From: a virus
DNA: 40,772 nucleotides
Virus genome (UHGV): UHGV-0354473
Direction: 5' to 3' (one strand)
Shown: positions 24,921 to 32,138 of the stretch, piece by piece
How the letters are laid out: each line of letters opens with the position of its first letter
Position numbering within the stretch: position 1 is the stretch's first letter
Notes under the pieces: generated by a model
What the model was told of the DNA's origin: nothing
The model's input: the letters and a program-made list of their open reading frames with translations, nothing else
Databases searched by the model: none
Translations under genes and position numbers: made by a program

Positions 24921-25026
24921 CGAAGATTTGAATGCGGACGTGCAGAACATGGATTGTGGGAGAAAGTTAAGGCTGCAGGTGTACCAGCTGCAGGACTGGA
25001 TCCGGAATGTGACAACGCCCCTATAA
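24778..25026 (+). CDS. o-spanin (Rz1-like) outer-membrane lipoprotein, overlapped with Rz
   Basis: Signal MCKIMIVCAVLLTMTG-C lipobox followed by a Pro-rich mature region (SSSGPSIMPTPS). GAGGTGG SD. It starts inside Rz in another frame. Confidence 0.6.
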   Translation: MCKIMIVCAVLLTMTGCGSSSGPSIMPTPSQAMMVKPCQFQPAEKDSDEDLNADVQNMDCGRKLRLQVYQLQDWIRNVTTPL

Positions 25027-25040
25027 CGGGGCGTTTTTTA
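25017..25040. terminator. Bidirectional rho-independent terminator shared by Rz1 (+) and the antisense mini-operon (-)
   Basis: GCCCC-TATAA-CGGGGC hairpin followed by GTTTTTTA. The minus-strand ORF stop lies in the hairpin. Confidence 0.6.
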
Positions 25041-25161
25041 TCAACCAGGCCAGGCCCCAGCAGACGAAGGCGATGGTTAGCCACGCTGCCGGGAGATAGA
25101 CCAGAAACACCCGGCGCCGTTGCTGGTACTTCGTCGGGTTACGCTTTGCCATTGGTTTCAT
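25021..25161 (-). CDS. Small 46-aa membrane peptide (MKPMAKRNPTKYQQRRRVFLVYLPAAWLTIAFVCWGLAWLIKNAPL)
   Basis: Not in the ORF track (<60 aa). ATGA coupling to the upstream basic ORF, a basic N-terminus followed by one TM helix, and a terminator immediately after. Confidence 0.45.
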   Translation of the reverse strand: MKPMAKRNPTKYQQRRRVFLVYLPAAWLTIAFVCWGLAWLIKNAPL

Positions 25162-25310
25162 CGGCCGAATCTCCTTGCGGCTTTATGAATCCATTTTGGT
25201 GTTTTCCCAAGACTCAAAATGGTGTACGCAGTAGCGAGACGACGCGCACAACGACGGAGGCGGCGTAAGTCGACCTTTCCGGATTTACGGTATTTAGTTG
25301 ATACAGGCAT
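25158..25310 (-). CDS. Small 50-aa highly basic protein (MPVSTKYRKSGKVDLRRLRRCARRLATAYTILSLGKTPKWIHKAARRFGR)
   Basis: Not in the ORF track. Strong SD AAAGGAG 8 nt upstream of ATG 25310. It is transcribed from the conserved leftward promoter 25341-25369. Confidence 0.45.
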   Translation of the reverse strand: MPVSTKYRKSGKVDLRRLRRCARRLATAYTILSLGKTPKWIHKAARRFGR

Positions 25311-25340
25311 AGCTATTGCTCCTTTGTTGTTGGTTTCTTA

Positions 25341-25369
25341 AATATAATATGTCTCCACTCATATTGCAA
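25341..25369 (-). promoter_or_regulatory. Leftward promoter TTGCAA-17-TATATT; about 40 bp near-identical to the promoter element at 1774-1808
   Basis: -35 at 25364-25369 (part of TTGCAACCAACA at 25364-25375) and -10 (rc AATATA) at 25341-25346. Confidence 0.55.
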
Positions 25370-25471
25370 CCAACATTTGCAGATATATTGTTAATACTTG
25401 CGCTGCCCTGTATATTTAGCGTATGTAAATCCGGGTGGCCCGGATTCATAAAGACCAGGGGTCTACGTACT

Positions 25472-26167
25472 ATGAATCGTTTTTTACAGTCTTTCCTTTT
25501 CGCGTATCAAGAAGAACATGACGACGGATCCCAGGGCGGTGGCGGCGGTGCAGAAGCGCCGAAGACCTACACTCAGGAAGAAGTCGACGAGCTGGTTAAT
25601 GGCCTTAAAAACCAGAATACCGCGCTTCTCGATGAGAAGAAGAAAGCCGCACAACGTGCGAGGGAAGCCGAAGCCGAACGTGTTCGCGCGCAGCAGGAAG
25701 CGGCGAAGCAGTCCGGTCAGATGGAAGAGTTCGAAAAGTCGATTCGTGGTCAGTATGACCCTGTGATCGCCGAGAAAGACGGTAAGATCACCAAGCTGGC
25801 CGAGCGCATCCTCGGCAGCGAGCGCAAAGCCGTTATGGGTGCCGTGATTGCTAAAGGCAAATTCATTGATGCCGAAGCCGCCGACCTTATCGCACCATTT
25901 ATCAAAGTCGAGTTCGACGGTGATGACCTGGTGACGAAATTCGTCGGCCCAGACGGCGCAGTTATTACGACGGACGTCGATAAATTCATCGACTTCTGTA
26001 AAAAGCATAAGGTGATCTCTCATCTCATGCAGGCAGACACAGCGAACGGTGGCGGGGCCGCCGGGAACAAAAATCCTACTGGCGGGGCCGGTGGCGAGCA
26101 CTTGACAGGCATCGAAAAAACTCGGGCCGATCTCCGTAAGCGTCTTGACGCAGAAAATAAGGGTTAA
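25472..26167 (+). CDS. Scaffolding protein, 231 aa
   Basis: Alpha-helical, charged, coiled-coil-rich protein directly upstream of the major capsid gene. Start moved to ATG 25472; the track ORF begins inside the promoter region. Confidence 0.6.
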   Translation: MNRFLQSFLFAYQEEHDDGSQGGGGGAEAPKTYTQEEVDELVNGLKNQNTALLDEKKKAAQRAREAEAERVRAQQEAAKQSGQMEEFEKSIRGQYDPVIAEKDGKITKLAERILGSERKAVMGAVIAKGKFIDAEAADLIAPFIKVEFDGDDLVTKFVGPDGAVITTDVDKFIDFCKKHKVISHLMQADTANGGGAAGNKNPTGGAGGEHLTGIEKTRADLRKRLDAENKG

Positions 26168-26170
26168 AAT

Positions 26171-27139
26171 ATGTCTCTCTCGAACATGAAGGTTTACGAC
26201 CGCCAGATTTACGGCGCTACCATCGAACTGCTCGGCCAGAAAACCGACCAGTTTAACGCCAACTCTGGTGGCGCTATCGTGCTGTCCTCGCAGGCGTGGG
26301 AAGGTGATTTCACCAAAGAATCTTTCTACAACCAGATCGCGTCCGCGCAGCGCCGCGTTGACCGCTACGCCGCTATCGCTACCCAGGCGGGCACCAACTT
26401 AACCCAGGGTGAAAACGTTGGTGTTAAAGTCGCCGGCGGCTTTGGCCCGATCGTATTCGAGCCGTCCCAGCTTACCTGGCTGCAGCGTAACCCGACCGAA
26501 GCGGTTATGGCGATCTCCGAAGGTTTCGCCGACGCCCTGCTGGCGGACCAGCTTAACACCGCATTAGCGGCAGCGGTTGCCGCGGTATCGGGCCAGACTG
26601 CGCTGGTTAACGATGTCTCTGCTAGTGCCGGTATCAGCCTCGGTGCACTGAATAACAGCCACGCTAAATTCGGCGATCAGTCTCAACTGCTGGTGACCGA
26701 TGTTATGACCGGCGCGGTATATCACAAGCTGATCGGTCAGGCGATCACCAACGCTAACCAGCTGTTTGTCTCCAGTAACGTGCTGGTTGTCGATATCCTC
26801 GGCAAGCGTTACGTGGTTACCGACTCCCCGGCCCTGTATGAAGCAGGCACGCCGAATAAGTCGAAAGTGCTGTCTGTCGTGGCGCAGGGTATCGTCGTAG
26901 ACAATACCAGCGACATCATCACCAACATGGAAACGTCGAACGGTAAAACCCGTATCGAAACCACCTGGCAGGCGGATTACTCTTTCGGTCTGAAACTGAA
27001 AGGTTACGCCTGGGACGTCACCAACGGCGGCAAATCTCCGACCGATGCCGAACTGGCTACCTCGTCCAACTGGGACAAAGCCGTTACCGAGAACAAGCAT
27101 ACCCTGGGTACGCTGGCCATCGTCGACGCAGACCTGTAA
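26171..27139 (+). CDS. Major capsid protein
   Basis: 322-aa protein after the scaffold, followed by a strong terminator, in the conserved late-gene order. Confidence 0.75.
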   Translation: MSLSNMKVYDRQIYGATIELLGQKTDQFNANSGGAIVLSSQAWEGDFTKESFYNQIASAQRRVDRYAAIATQAGTNLTQGENVGVKVAGGFGPIVFEPSQLTWLQRNPTEAVMAISEGFADALLADQLNTALAAAVAAVSGQTALVNDVSASAGISLGALNNSHAKFGDQSQLLVTDVMTGAVYHKLIGQAITNANQLFVSSNVLVVDILGKRYVVTDSPALYEAGTPNKSKVLSVVAQGIVVDNTSDIITNMETSNGKTRIETTWQADYSFGLKLKGYAWDVTNGGKSPTDAELATSSNWDKAVTENKHTLGTLAIVDADL

Positions 27140-27140
27140 T

Positions 27141-27166
27141 AAGTGGGGGCTTCGGCCCCCTTATTA
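27141..27166 (+). terminator. Strong rho-independent terminator after the major capsid gene
   Basis: GGGGGC-TTCG-GCCCCC hairpin followed by TTATT. Confidence 0.65.
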
Positions 27167-27178
27167 ACTGGAGCCGTT

Positions 27179-27400
27179 ATGTTAAAAGTCAAATACGTCG
27201 TAATGCCGATCACGGTCGAGCAGAAGAAAGAATATCATCGCCAGGGCTTTCGCGTTGTCGATGCGCGGTTCGCGCCGGCCGATGCGGTTATCGAAACCCA
27301 TGCCGACGGCCTGGAGCGCACTGTTACCATCCAGGGCGACACCGACAAACCAGCACGTAAAGCGCGCCGCAGTAAATCCGCCGAACAGCCGGAGGAATAA
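27179..27400 (+). CDS. Hypothetical 73-aa head-associated protein
   Basis: ATG at 27179 with GGAG SD. The track's longer frame spans the terminator. Confidence 0.5.
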   Translation: MLKVKYVVMPITVEQKKEYHRQGFRVVDARFAPADAVIETHADGLERTVTIQGDTDKPARKARRSKSAEQPEE

Positions 27401-27403
27401 CCG

Positions 27404-27913
27404 ATGTCGCTGATCGTCGAGGATGGCAGCATTGTAGCAGGGGCGGATAGCTATGTTAGCTTGTCGGACGCCCGCGCACTCGCGGCTAAATATGGCTGGG
27501 AGTTGCCCGCCGACGATACGGAAGCGGAGCAGGCGTTACGCAATGGCACTGGATATGTTGGCCTGCAGGAACCCGCGATGTGCGGACGCAGAGTCTCTGC
27601 GGCGCAAGAACTGGCTTACCCACGGCAGGGAGTTACGCTGTACGGCTTTGACATCGCCAGCAACACGATCCCCGCAGCTGTGATCCGCGCACAGGTGGCC
27701 GCTGCCGTTGAGTACGGAGCCGGAACAGACGTTCGGGCCACCAACGACGGCCGGGCTACTTCACTGGAGCGTGTAGAAGGCGCGGTGACGGTACAGTATT
27801 TCAATAACGGCAACAATGGCACCAGTGTCGTTATTACCGCCGCTATGGACGCGCTGGGCCCTTTGCTTTGCGGCATGAATAACGGTTCATCGTTTAACGT
27901 GTATCGGGGCTGA
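27404..27913 (+). CDS. Head-tail connector protein (gp6-like)
   Basis: N-terminal ...VSLSDARALAAKYGWELPADD resembles the gp6 connector N-terminus. Position supports the call. Confidence 0.55.
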   Translation: MSLIVEDGSIVAGADSYVSLSDARALAAKYGWELPADDTEAEQALRNGTGYVGLQEPAMCGRRVSAAQELAYPRQGVTLYGFDIASNTIPAAVIRAQVAAAVEYGAGTDVRATNDGRATSLERVEGAVTVQYFNNGNNGTSVVITAAMDALGPLLCGMNNGSSFNVYRG

Positions 27914-27914
27914 T

Positions 27915-28529
27915 ATGGCGCTTACCAAAACAGAAATGTTCACCAAAATAGCAACGGATCTGGCGGATAACACGTCCGGAGCTATCACGCCGGAGGTTTT
28001 GCGCGGTGTTTTAACACAACTGGCGGATTCCCCCATCTATGCGGCCGCCGGCGTGAAAGAGGTTGAGGTGTTGCGTGCGACATCTACCGTTACGCAGGCG
28101 CCTACTGCCGTTGATACCCCGCTGCAGGTTGCTTTCGGTGCTGCGCAAGGCTCCCCAACGGACCCGGTTTCTATCTCGGCAGCAGGACTGGTGACGTTCA
28201 ACGTCGCGGGTAATTATGCGGTCCGTATCAAGCTGCAGGCAGGACGCACCGGAGCCAGCGGCACGTCGATTCTGTTATCTCGCCTCCTTCTTGCCGGTGC
28301 ACAATATGGTTCTCCCGCTGCGACTAAACTGGTAAGCGCCGACGTGACAATCCCGATCGAGTCTCGCGTGGTTATCAACGCCACCGCCGGGCAGACTTTC
28401 GCAGTGCAGATCATGCGAGACAGCGCCGGGACTAACTTCGGCGGTATTTATCCGCAGGCGGCGACGGTCACGGCCTGGGGAACTGCGCCTTCCGGCCTTC
28501 TCGTTATATCTCATCTGGAGCCGGTATAA
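27915..28529 (+). CDS. Structural (neck or head-decoration-like) protein, 204 aa
   Basis: Tightly packed ORF in the head-tail joining block. Confidence 0.5.
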   Translation: MALTKTEMFTKIATDLADNTSGAITPEVLRGVLTQLADSPIYAAAGVKEVEVLRATSTVTQAPTAVDTPLQVAFGAAQGSPTDPVSISAAGLVTFNVAGNYAVRIKLQAGRTGASGTSILLSRLLLAGAQYGSPAATKLVSADVTIPIESRVVINATAGQTFAVQIMRDSAGTNFGGIYPQAATVTAWGTAPSGLLVISHLEPV

Positions 28530-28888
28530 TGTCCAGTGCATTCAGCAAGCGCATGCAGAAAACAGCGACGCGCCTTTTAGGCAAGTACGGCAGCACTGTT
28601 AATTTGATTCGCGCCGGGGCTAAAGTGTGGGATCCGGATGAAGGCGAATATGTTGAATCGCCGCCGACCACGATTCCGTTAACATCGGTCCCTGTACCTG
28701 TTAACGTGGCGCTGGTGAACGGAACTACCATACAAGCTGGCGATATGGTAGTGAAGGCCGATCATAGCGTGCTGCCGAAGATGGAAGATAAGGTGTCGTT
28801 TAACGGTGCCGAATGGTCAATCGTCGCTATCGAAACGAAGATGGTAAACGGCGACGTGATCGCGTGGTTTATTCAGGTGCGAAAATAA
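28529..28888 (+). CDS. Head closure / neck protein, 119 aa
   Basis: Position and size. ATGA overlap with neighbours. Confidence 0.5.
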   Translation: MSSAFSKRMQKTATRLLGKYGSTVNLIRAGAKVWDPDEGEYVESPPTTIPLTSVPVPVNVALVNGTTIQAGDMVVKADHSVLPKMEDKVSFNGAEWSIVAIETKMVNGDVIAWFIQVRK

Positions 28889-29325
28889 TGGGCTCTTTTT
28901 CGCTTGATGTCCGGGCATTCGTCGAGAAGACGAAGAAAAATAACGAAACCGTTATGCGCCAGGTATCGCTAAAGCTGTTCTCGGCCATTATTAAAGCCAG
29001 CCCAGTAGACACAGGACGTTTCCGCATGAATTGGCAAGCCGCGTCCGGTGCCGCTCCCGCCGTTGGGGTAAAAAACGGTGTTGACCCCTCCGGGTCCAAA
29101 GCCATTGCTCAGATGGCCAGTGTTGTGTCCCGAGACCCGAGCTGGTACGAGTTCACGCTAGTGAATAACCTCCCATATGCGCCAGTGATTGAATACGGGG
29201 GCTACCCGGGAGACGGACCGAATACGGTTGGCGGATTCTCAAAGCAAGCGCCGCAAGGCGTTGTGCGCGTTAATGTGCTACGATTCCAGCAACTGATAGA
29301 TGAAGAAGCCGCGAAGGTGCGATAA
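28888..29325 (+). CDS. Tail-completion/neck protein, HK97 gp10-like
   Basis: FRMNWQ motif and position. ATG at 28888 overlaps the upstream stop. Confidence 0.55.
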   Translation: MGSFSLDVRAFVEKTKKNNETVMRQVSLKLFSAIIKASPVDTGRFRMNWQAASGAAPAVGVKNGVDPSGSKAIAQMASVVSRDPSWYEFTLVNNLPYAPVIEYGGYPGDGPNTVGGFSKQAPQGVVRVNVLRFQQLIDEEAAKVR

Positions 29326-29738
29326 TGGGTTACTTTGAGGATTTAACGAAAGCGTTCGACATCGCATTGAAAGCCTTCGGCACGACCAATAATATCGCCG
29401 TTGCGCTGGAGAATATCGATGCGCCGACGTCCACCGATACGCCGTATCTGGCGAGCTATATGCTGCTGGCCGATACCGAGCAGGCTGACCTGTTCTGGAC
29501 GGAACAGCGCGCTGGCGTGTACCAGGTGGACATTAACTATGCACAGGCGAAAGGTAGCGCGCCGATCAATAAAATGGCAGACTTATTGAATGCGGCGTTT
29601 AAAGCGGGATCTGCAGTGTCGCGCAACGCAATTTGCGCCGAAGTGCAATCGGTGAGCCTGGGGCCTCTGATAGTGCAAAACGGATGGGCCACTCGCCCTT
29701 TATCCATTAATTTCATAGCATTTACTGCGAGGTTATAA
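29325..29738 (+). CDS. Tail terminator-like protein, 137 aa
   Basis: Position immediately upstream of the major tail protein. Confidence 0.45.
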   Translation: MGYFEDLTKAFDIALKAFGTTNNIAVALENIDAPTSTDTPYLASYMLLADTEQADLFWTEQRAGVYQVDINYAQAKGSAPINKMADLLNAAFKAGSAVSRNAICAEVQSVSLGPLIVQNGWATRPLSINFIAFTARL

Positions 29739-29740
29739 AA

Positions 29741-30907
29741 ATGGTACAGCCATATAAGGGCGCGCTTACCGCACAGTTTTACGTTGCGGAGACAACGCCA
29801 GGAACTACACCGACCAGCCCGGTATGGTCGCCGCTGCGCAACACTGGTGGCGTGCCGGCGGTTACCCGCGACGCGCTTACATCCAACGAGCTTGACGGCA
29901 GCCGGGAAACATCTTTCATCCGCACCGGGAATAAACAGGTCTCCGGAGAGTATGCGATCGAGCTGAGTTCCCGCAGCCAGGATGATTTTCTTGCTGGCGC
30001 GATGACGTCTTCCTGGGTGTCCGGCGTAACTGGCGCCGCCGTAGACGTCGCCGTTGACGCAGGGGCGAAAACGTTCACACGTTCGGCGGGCAACTTCCTT
30101 ACGGATGGCGTCGAAGTAGGTGACCTCATCCGCTTCGCTGATCTGCCTGGCAATAACGGGCTGCCGTTTATCGTCACCAGCGTTAACGACACCGTAGTGG
30201 CCGGAGCCGCCATTCAGTACCCATTAACTACTGCAGCCGCCGCGGAGACGGACTACGCTACGGGCGACAAGCTGGAAACAGGTAACTTGTGTAAGACCTT
30301 CTCGATCCTTACCTGGTTCAAAGGCCAGTGCGGTAACCCGGACAGCTACGTTATTACCCGTGGTGTTGAGATCTCCGGCTTCACCATTGAGCAGGCGGTG
30401 AACGCCATGGTTACCGGTTCTTTCCCGTTCATCGGCATGACACAGGAGATCCTTACCGCGCCGCCTGCCGGTTCGGACTTCTCACAGATCACCTTTGACG
30501 CGGAGCCTTTCTCGTCGGTTGATGTATCAGTGTTCGACGGTATCCAGCCGCTTAAGTGCGATACGCTGACCTTTACCAACGACAACGGCGCATCGGCGCA
30601 ATTCGAGCTGGGGAATAACAGCGTGGCGTTTGTCGAGCGCGGCCGGGCGGTCAACACCTTCTCTATCGCCGGTAAACTTTACGATATGGCGATGATCCAG
30701 AAGTTCATTAACGAGACACAGGTCGAAATTAACTCGATTCTGTCCGGTGTGAAGGGCGCAATGTCTATTTCGATGAAACGCGCCGAGCTAACGGCAGTAA
30801 CGCCGGAGATCGGCGGCGCCGAGTCGGTTACGCAAAGCATCGAAGGCCAGGCGACGGGTAATAGCCAGCAGTCGTCTATCGTCATTCAGCGACTTGTGTA
30901 CGCGTAA
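29741..30907 (+). CDS. Major tail (tube) protein, 388 aa
   Basis: Position before the chaperone pair and TMP. A bidirectional terminator follows. Confidence 0.6.
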   Translation: MVQPYKGALTAQFYVAETTPGTTPTSPVWSPLRNTGGVPAVTRDALTSNELDGSRETSFIRTGNKQVSGEYAIELSSRSQDDFLAGAMTSSWVSGVTGAAVDVAVDAGAKTFTRSAGNFLTDGVEVGDLIRFADLPGNNGLPFIVTSVNDTVVAGAAIQYPLTTAAAAETDYATGDKLETGNLCKTFSILTWFKGQCGNPDSYVITRGVEISGFTIEQAVNAMVTGSFPFIGMTQEILTAPPAGSDFSQITFDAEPFSSVDVSVFDGIQPLKCDTLTFTNDNGASAQFELGNNSVAFVERGRAVNTFSIAGKLYDMAMIQKFINETQVEINSILSGVKGAMSISMKRAELTAVTPEIGGAESVTQSIEGQATGNSQQSSIVIQRLVYA

Positions 30908-30908
30908 A

Positions 30909-30935
30909 AGAAAGGGGCCGTTAGGCCCCTTCCCT
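30909..30935. terminator. Bidirectional terminator between the major tail gene (+) and the antisense cassette (-)
   Basis: AGGGGCC-GTTA-GGCCCCT hairpin. The minus strand is followed by TTCTTTT. Confidence 0.6.
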
Positions 30936-31106
30936 TAGCGCTTTAAGCATTTTCAACGCCATAGGCACGGAGGAAGTTCCAAGTATTTCAACATCGCCGC
31001 CGCGGTCAAGTACATGAAAACGGCAGTGGGTTAAGGTAATATACACCTCAGAAAATCGGTGATTCTTCATTTCTTCCAGTAAATCAGCCATAAGACTAAT
31101 AGCCAC
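30921..31106 (-). CDS. Small 56-61-aa protein (MADLLEEMKNHRFSEVYITLTHCRFHVLDRGGDVEILGTSSVPMALKMLKALREGA), second gene of the antisense cassette
   Basis: GTG at 31106 or ATG at 31091. Its stop lies in the terminator hairpin. Confidence 0.45.
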   Translation of the reverse strand: MAISLMADLLEEMKNHRFSEVYITLTHCRFHVLDRGGDVEILGTSSVPMALKMLKALREGA

Positions 31107-31284
31107 GTTTCGCCCTCTCTTCTGTCAGTTTAACAATTTCGCTTTTTACTTCCGGTTTCGCATTCGCCAGAATCTGGCGCAGCAATTCAACCTGTTCGCT
31201 TGACCGCGTAGCGTAGCGCACCACGAAGAACAGCACGGCCAGGTTTAGGCCCATCGCCAGAATTGCTATAATGAATTGCGTCAT
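31096..31284 (-). CDS. Small 62-aa membrane protein (N-terminal TM plus charged helical tail), first gene of the antisense cassette
   Basis: ATG at 31284 with AAGAGGA SD. The TM segment is FIIAILAMGLNLAVLFFVV. A divergent promoter region lies upstream. Confidence 0.5.
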   Translation of the reverse strand: MTQFIIAILAMGLNLAVLFFVVRYATRSSEQVELLRQILANAKPEVKSEIVKLTEERAKRGY

Positions 31285-31359
31285 GGTATATTCCTCTTTG
31301 AAAGTTCTATATGTATATAATCATATCGCAACCAACAAATCAACCATAGCGGGTTAAAA

Positions 31360-31776
31360 ATGAAGCTGAAAGATTTCTACTTTGCCGACAAACACGAAGC
31401 CGGATCGCGTATGCCAATCTTGCTGCCGAATGGTGAGGATTCCGGAGAATGGCTGCAGGTGCGCGGGCCGGACTGCGACGCATCGATCGAGGCCGGGCGG
31501 GCGTATACTGCAGCTGTACGGGCCGTCGACGCTTCGCTGGAAGAGCTGGAAGCGGCCTGTAAGGCGAAAGACAACTACACCGAATGGAACGAGAAGCGAA
31601 ATATCCAGGTAGAGAGCCTTAACCGCGACCTCGCGGTAGAGCTGGTCACCGGTTGGTCGTTTGACGAAGAGTTTAGCCGCGAGGGCTTCGCGGAATTGCT
31701 GCGCCAGTATCGCGGGCTTGCGCCGCAGGTGGCCGCTTTCCATACCAAGATCCGGGAAGAACTGAACGCAAAGTGA
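31360..31776 (+). CDS. Tail assembly chaperone (G-like)
   Basis: Position immediately before the TMP. An acidic 138-aa protein followed by an overlapping -1 frame ORF. Confidence 0.55.
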   Translation: MKLKDFYFADKHEAGSRMPILLPNGEDSGEWLQVRGPDCDASIEAGRAYTAAVRAVDASLEELEAACKAKDNYTEWNEKRNIQVESLNRDLAVELVTGWSFDEEFSREGFAELLRQYRGLAPQVAAFHTKIREELNAK

Positions 31777-32138
31777 GAGCGCTGTGTGAGTTTGCGACCT
31801 GGCAATTCGTAACACGGCAGCGCCGGCAGGAGTTCGACCAGATATCGGCAGGGCATGAGGCCGCGCTGATCTCGATGGGGGTCATATCCGGCGCGCAGCG
31901 CGAAGAATTAAAGGGGCCGGAGTGCCCCTTAATTTTTGCTGGTGTGTTCGAGAAATACAGGGAACTAAAATTCATACAGCGCGAAACTAATGATACTATG
32001 ATGATATACCCGCGAGAAATGCTTAAGTGGTCCGATATCGTCGATTACAAGGCGGTAACCGGGCAGCGGATCAGCATTATGGAAGCGGATTTGATTATGC
32101 GTATTGACGCCATTTTCGAGGGTAGACACGATGGCTGA
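31773..32138 (+). CDS. Tail assembly chaperone T-like extension (overlapping -1 frame ORF; likely expressed as a G-T fusion)
   Basis: The -1 frame is open from 31677 and overlaps the G 3' end. No canonical XXXYYYZ heptamer was identified by eye. Confidence 0.4.
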   Translation: MRALCEFATWQFVTRQRRQEFDQISAGHEAALISMGVISGAQREELKGPECPLIFAGVFEKYRELKFIQRETNDTMMIYPREMLKWSDIVDYKAVTGQRISIMEADLIMRIDAIFEGRHDG

